The position numbers were made by a program, and so were the translations under genes. The notes under the pieces are model-generated. The model made no database searches, was not told where the DNA came from, and saw only the letters and a list, made by a program, of their open reading frames with translations. From assembly GCF_009914755.1 (NCBI RefSeq), contig NC_060947.1: 64,000 bases of DNA; one strand, written 5' to 3'. Positions 61,072 to 64,000 of this stretch are shown in pieces. This DNA comes from the human T2T-CHM13v2.0 reference genome, Homo sapiens. How positions within the stretch are numbered: the stretch's first letter is position 1; the number at the start of each line of letters is the position of its first letter.

Positions 61072-62319
61072 TATCATCTCCACTCTTTGACAATACAAGA
61101 ACAGATGAACACAAACTTCCAACACCCTGATCATATATGTCCTTATCATGCACAGGGGCACTTTTGGTTTCTTCCCCGATGGATAAGAAAAATGATTCAC
61201 TGGGAATTTGGGAAAGCAGAGAATCTGACAGATGGATTGTCTGAAGGTGAGAACATGGCCAGGCTAACCTCCACTTGGTGATGCATATTTGAGCAGACAT
61301 CACCCGCCCCTTTTCATCATCCCTCTCTTCTGGTGTTTTAGCTCTGCCAGGAGCAGTTACACAGATTGGGAGTCATGTAAAGATCTACAGAGAAGAATGG
61401 CAGGAAGAAGACAAGGTGGGACCTGGGTGAAACAGTGGCCAAAAAGGACACAATACCAAATAGAACACAGATGCAGTTGGCATACCAAGAGATAGATGGC
61501 TTTGGGCATAAAGACTTTTGGGGGTAGGCAGAAATAAATGAAGATGTTTTGATATATCCTCCTACTAAACAATAATTTATATGAATCACTAATAATTACC
61601 TGATGATATAACATATAAGTACGTGATTATTTATATGAGGATATAAATTGATATGTTATCTGTAATTTTCTGCCTAGAACCACTATACTATACCCATTAG
61701 GCTGGGAATTGGGAAACTTTCTTTTCTGAACTCTATTGATAATTAGTTATATGGCCTTAAACAAAATACTGACTTTTTAAGAATACAATTTCCTTCTCCA
61801 TAAAGTAAAAACAAATTTGTAGACCATTTTCTGGAATTTATACTGGATCCTAAATATGCAATTATTTCATTTAAGGAATCTTGTCATTCATTGATTTCTT
61901 TACTTGTTTTTCAAAAAATTATTGATGGAATTATTTCTATGTCATCAGATTTGTAGTTGATTGCAGGGATGAAATGGTGAATACAATGGCGAGGTAAAAG
62001 AGAGGCCCTTGTCTTGGAGCAGACTAGGGTGAGGGCATTCTCATCTTTTTCTTTCAGGAAGCTGTCTTAGTCTTTGGAGAAGAGACTGGGCATGATAGAT
62101 GAGAAATGTTAGCAACATCGGCAAGGTGGTGAATGATCCTCAAAAAAATGGCACCCAGACTACCCCCCTGGGGACTGATGCACTTCTGAGAGTGAAAACC
62201 TATTGTCTAAAGCATGATTTTTGGTATTCATTAGATCTGGGTGTCTTTAGATAGCACTCATTTGGTAATGGAATTCAGTGTTGGGATGGTAAAATTCATT
62301 CAAAAGATAGTAGCAAGCA

Positions 62320-63320
62320 AGGCAGTGTTAGTTGCTTACCAAAATCCATGTGCTCTTTTCCTTCCCAAGCACACAAGTAGGCTACATTTTCCAGCATGCT
62401 TTGCAGGTAGAAGTAGTTATGTAACTTCTAGCCAATGAAATATGAGCAGGATAGCCTGTGAACAATTCCTATATACACTCCTCCATGCTCTTTCTCTTTC
62501 TGTCACAGGGTAGACAACCATAGAAACCTTGAGAGTCACATACTGAAGATGACAGAGCCACAGGATAGAAGGAGCCTTGGTTCCTGAATCATGTCTTGGA
62601 AGATCTATTATATTAGTTAATGTTCTTCAGAGAAACAGAACCAATAGGATATGTGTGTGTATCTGTGTATGTATGTCGGTGTATATACATATATATGTAT
62701 ATATACAAAAATATATATACATATATATGCAAATATATACATATACACATATATACATATGTCTGTCTATATATTTATATATGCACACACATACGTATGT
62801 GTTTGGAAGAGATCTATTTATTTGTTTATTTATTGATTGATTTTAAGAAACTGGCTTATGCTTTTGTGGAGGCTGGCAGTCCAAAACCTGCAGAGGTAGG
62901 CCAGCAGGCTGGAGACCCAGGAAAGAGTTGATGTTGCAGCTCAAGTATAAGGGCGGTCTGCAGTAGAATTCCCTCTTTCTTGGGGGAAGTCAGTCTTTTT
63001 CTCTTAAGGCTTTCAACTAATTGAGTGAGGCCCACTTATGTTATGGAGCATAATGTGCTTTATTCAAAGTCTCCTGATTTAAATATTAATCTCATTTTAC
63101 AAATACCTTTATAGCAACATCTAGACTAGTATTTGACCAAACATCTGGGCACTTTGATTTAGCCAAGTTGACACATAAAATTAACCATCACAGAAGAAAA
63201 CCACCTGTTGATTAGGGGCAGCTCTTTTAGAACATAGATTTTTGAAAAATGACTTCTATAGCATCTGAGCCATTTTACTTATTCTTGTTATCAGCAGCTA
63301 GCATTACCTTAACTAATAAA
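62320..63320 (+). mobile_element. Old MLT1 LTR interrupted by an MLT2
   Basis: CTACATTTTCCAGCATGCTTTGCAG and TGAAGATGACAGAGCCACAGGATAGAAGGAGCCT before; AGCAGCTAGCATTACCTTAACTAATA after. Confidence 0.7.
62604..63192 (-). mobile_element. MLT2 (C/D-like) ERVL solo LTR with an internal (TA/CA)n tract
   Basis: TTCTTCAGAGAAACAGAACCAATAGGAT start, CCAAGTTGACACATAAAATTAACCATCACA end, GAAGA on both flanks (62599-62603, 63193-63197). Confidence 0.9.
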
Positions 63321-63919
63321 CTACAAAAAACCCATCAATTACTTTTTGTAATTTCAGTTTACTTATTTGCAAACACTTTGGTTTTGCACTGGCTCCCTGA
63401 TGTGTAGGACTAGGAAAGGGGCAATTTTATAATTCTAATAAATAATAATGATGATGATTTGTTGGATCCCACCCTGGGAATGTATTAAACACCTCCGGGG
63501 TGACATTATCTCCTGTGGGTCACCAATAGGCACAAAGAAGCAGTCTGTTACTAATTGGTAGCCTAGTGGTTCCAGGAAGTTAATGCACCTTCTAAAGTGA
63601 TTTGCTCCTATAGAGTAATTGATTTATTGGCATTCCATGTCTTAATGTTTGTGAAGCCCTTGGTGCTAATCAGAATAAACATGCTGAACTAATCTTTACT
63701 AAACTGCCAACAACATTTTACATGCCCCACTTTTAAAGGCAAGGCTTCCAAATTCAGTAATTTACAGTATGTTTTACTGCAGATGAAAGCATTTATTTTT
63801 CTGATGTGAATTGTTGTGAAGGGTAATATTTTCCACAGGAAGGTGATGATATACATAACAAAAACAAATCAGTGACCAAAATGCCTAATTATTTAAAGAC
63901 AAATGTGGAGGCTTAAACA

Positions 63920-64000
63920 GGAAGATGGTGGATAGGAGGCAGGACTAGCTTGTAGCTCTCACTCAGATGGACAGGGCAGCATGTGGAGATTCACGGTGTG
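63920..64000 (+). mobile_element. 5' start of an L1PB(a)-type 5'UTR running off the window
   Basis: AAGATGGTGGATAGGAGGCAGGACTAGCTTGTAGCTCTCACTCAGATGGACAGGGCAGCATGTGGAGA. Confidence 0.8.

Noticed and set aside
62577-62931. Tyr/Ile-rich ORFs
   Set aside because: Translations of the (TA/CA)n tract within MLT2.

Overview
Primate, human-like, AT-rich non-coding DNA. Much of the window is interspersed repeat: Alu/FLAM, L1PA/PB/MA/MB/ME, L2, MIR, MaLR/ERVL/ERV1 solo LTRs, and hAT and Tigger DNA-transposon relics. I find no supportable cellular protein-coding gene, tRNA, rRNA or CRISPR array. The only long ORFs are LINE-1 ORF2 fragments or low-complexity artefacts. I see no evidence of a new multi-gene system. 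The most unusual structure is a pair of young L1PA3-like insertions about 7 kb apart (19302-22495 and 29796-32133). Both are 5'-inverted, they share four apparently non-consensus bases, and neither can be a copy of the other. The second is a three-segment, doubly inverted element. Other items worth checking: a candidate exon whose donor site lies inside a hairpin (15457-15544), templated-repair scars, and nested insertions. Subfamily names and consensus comparisons are from memory, not from a search. Boundaries of old repeats are approximate.
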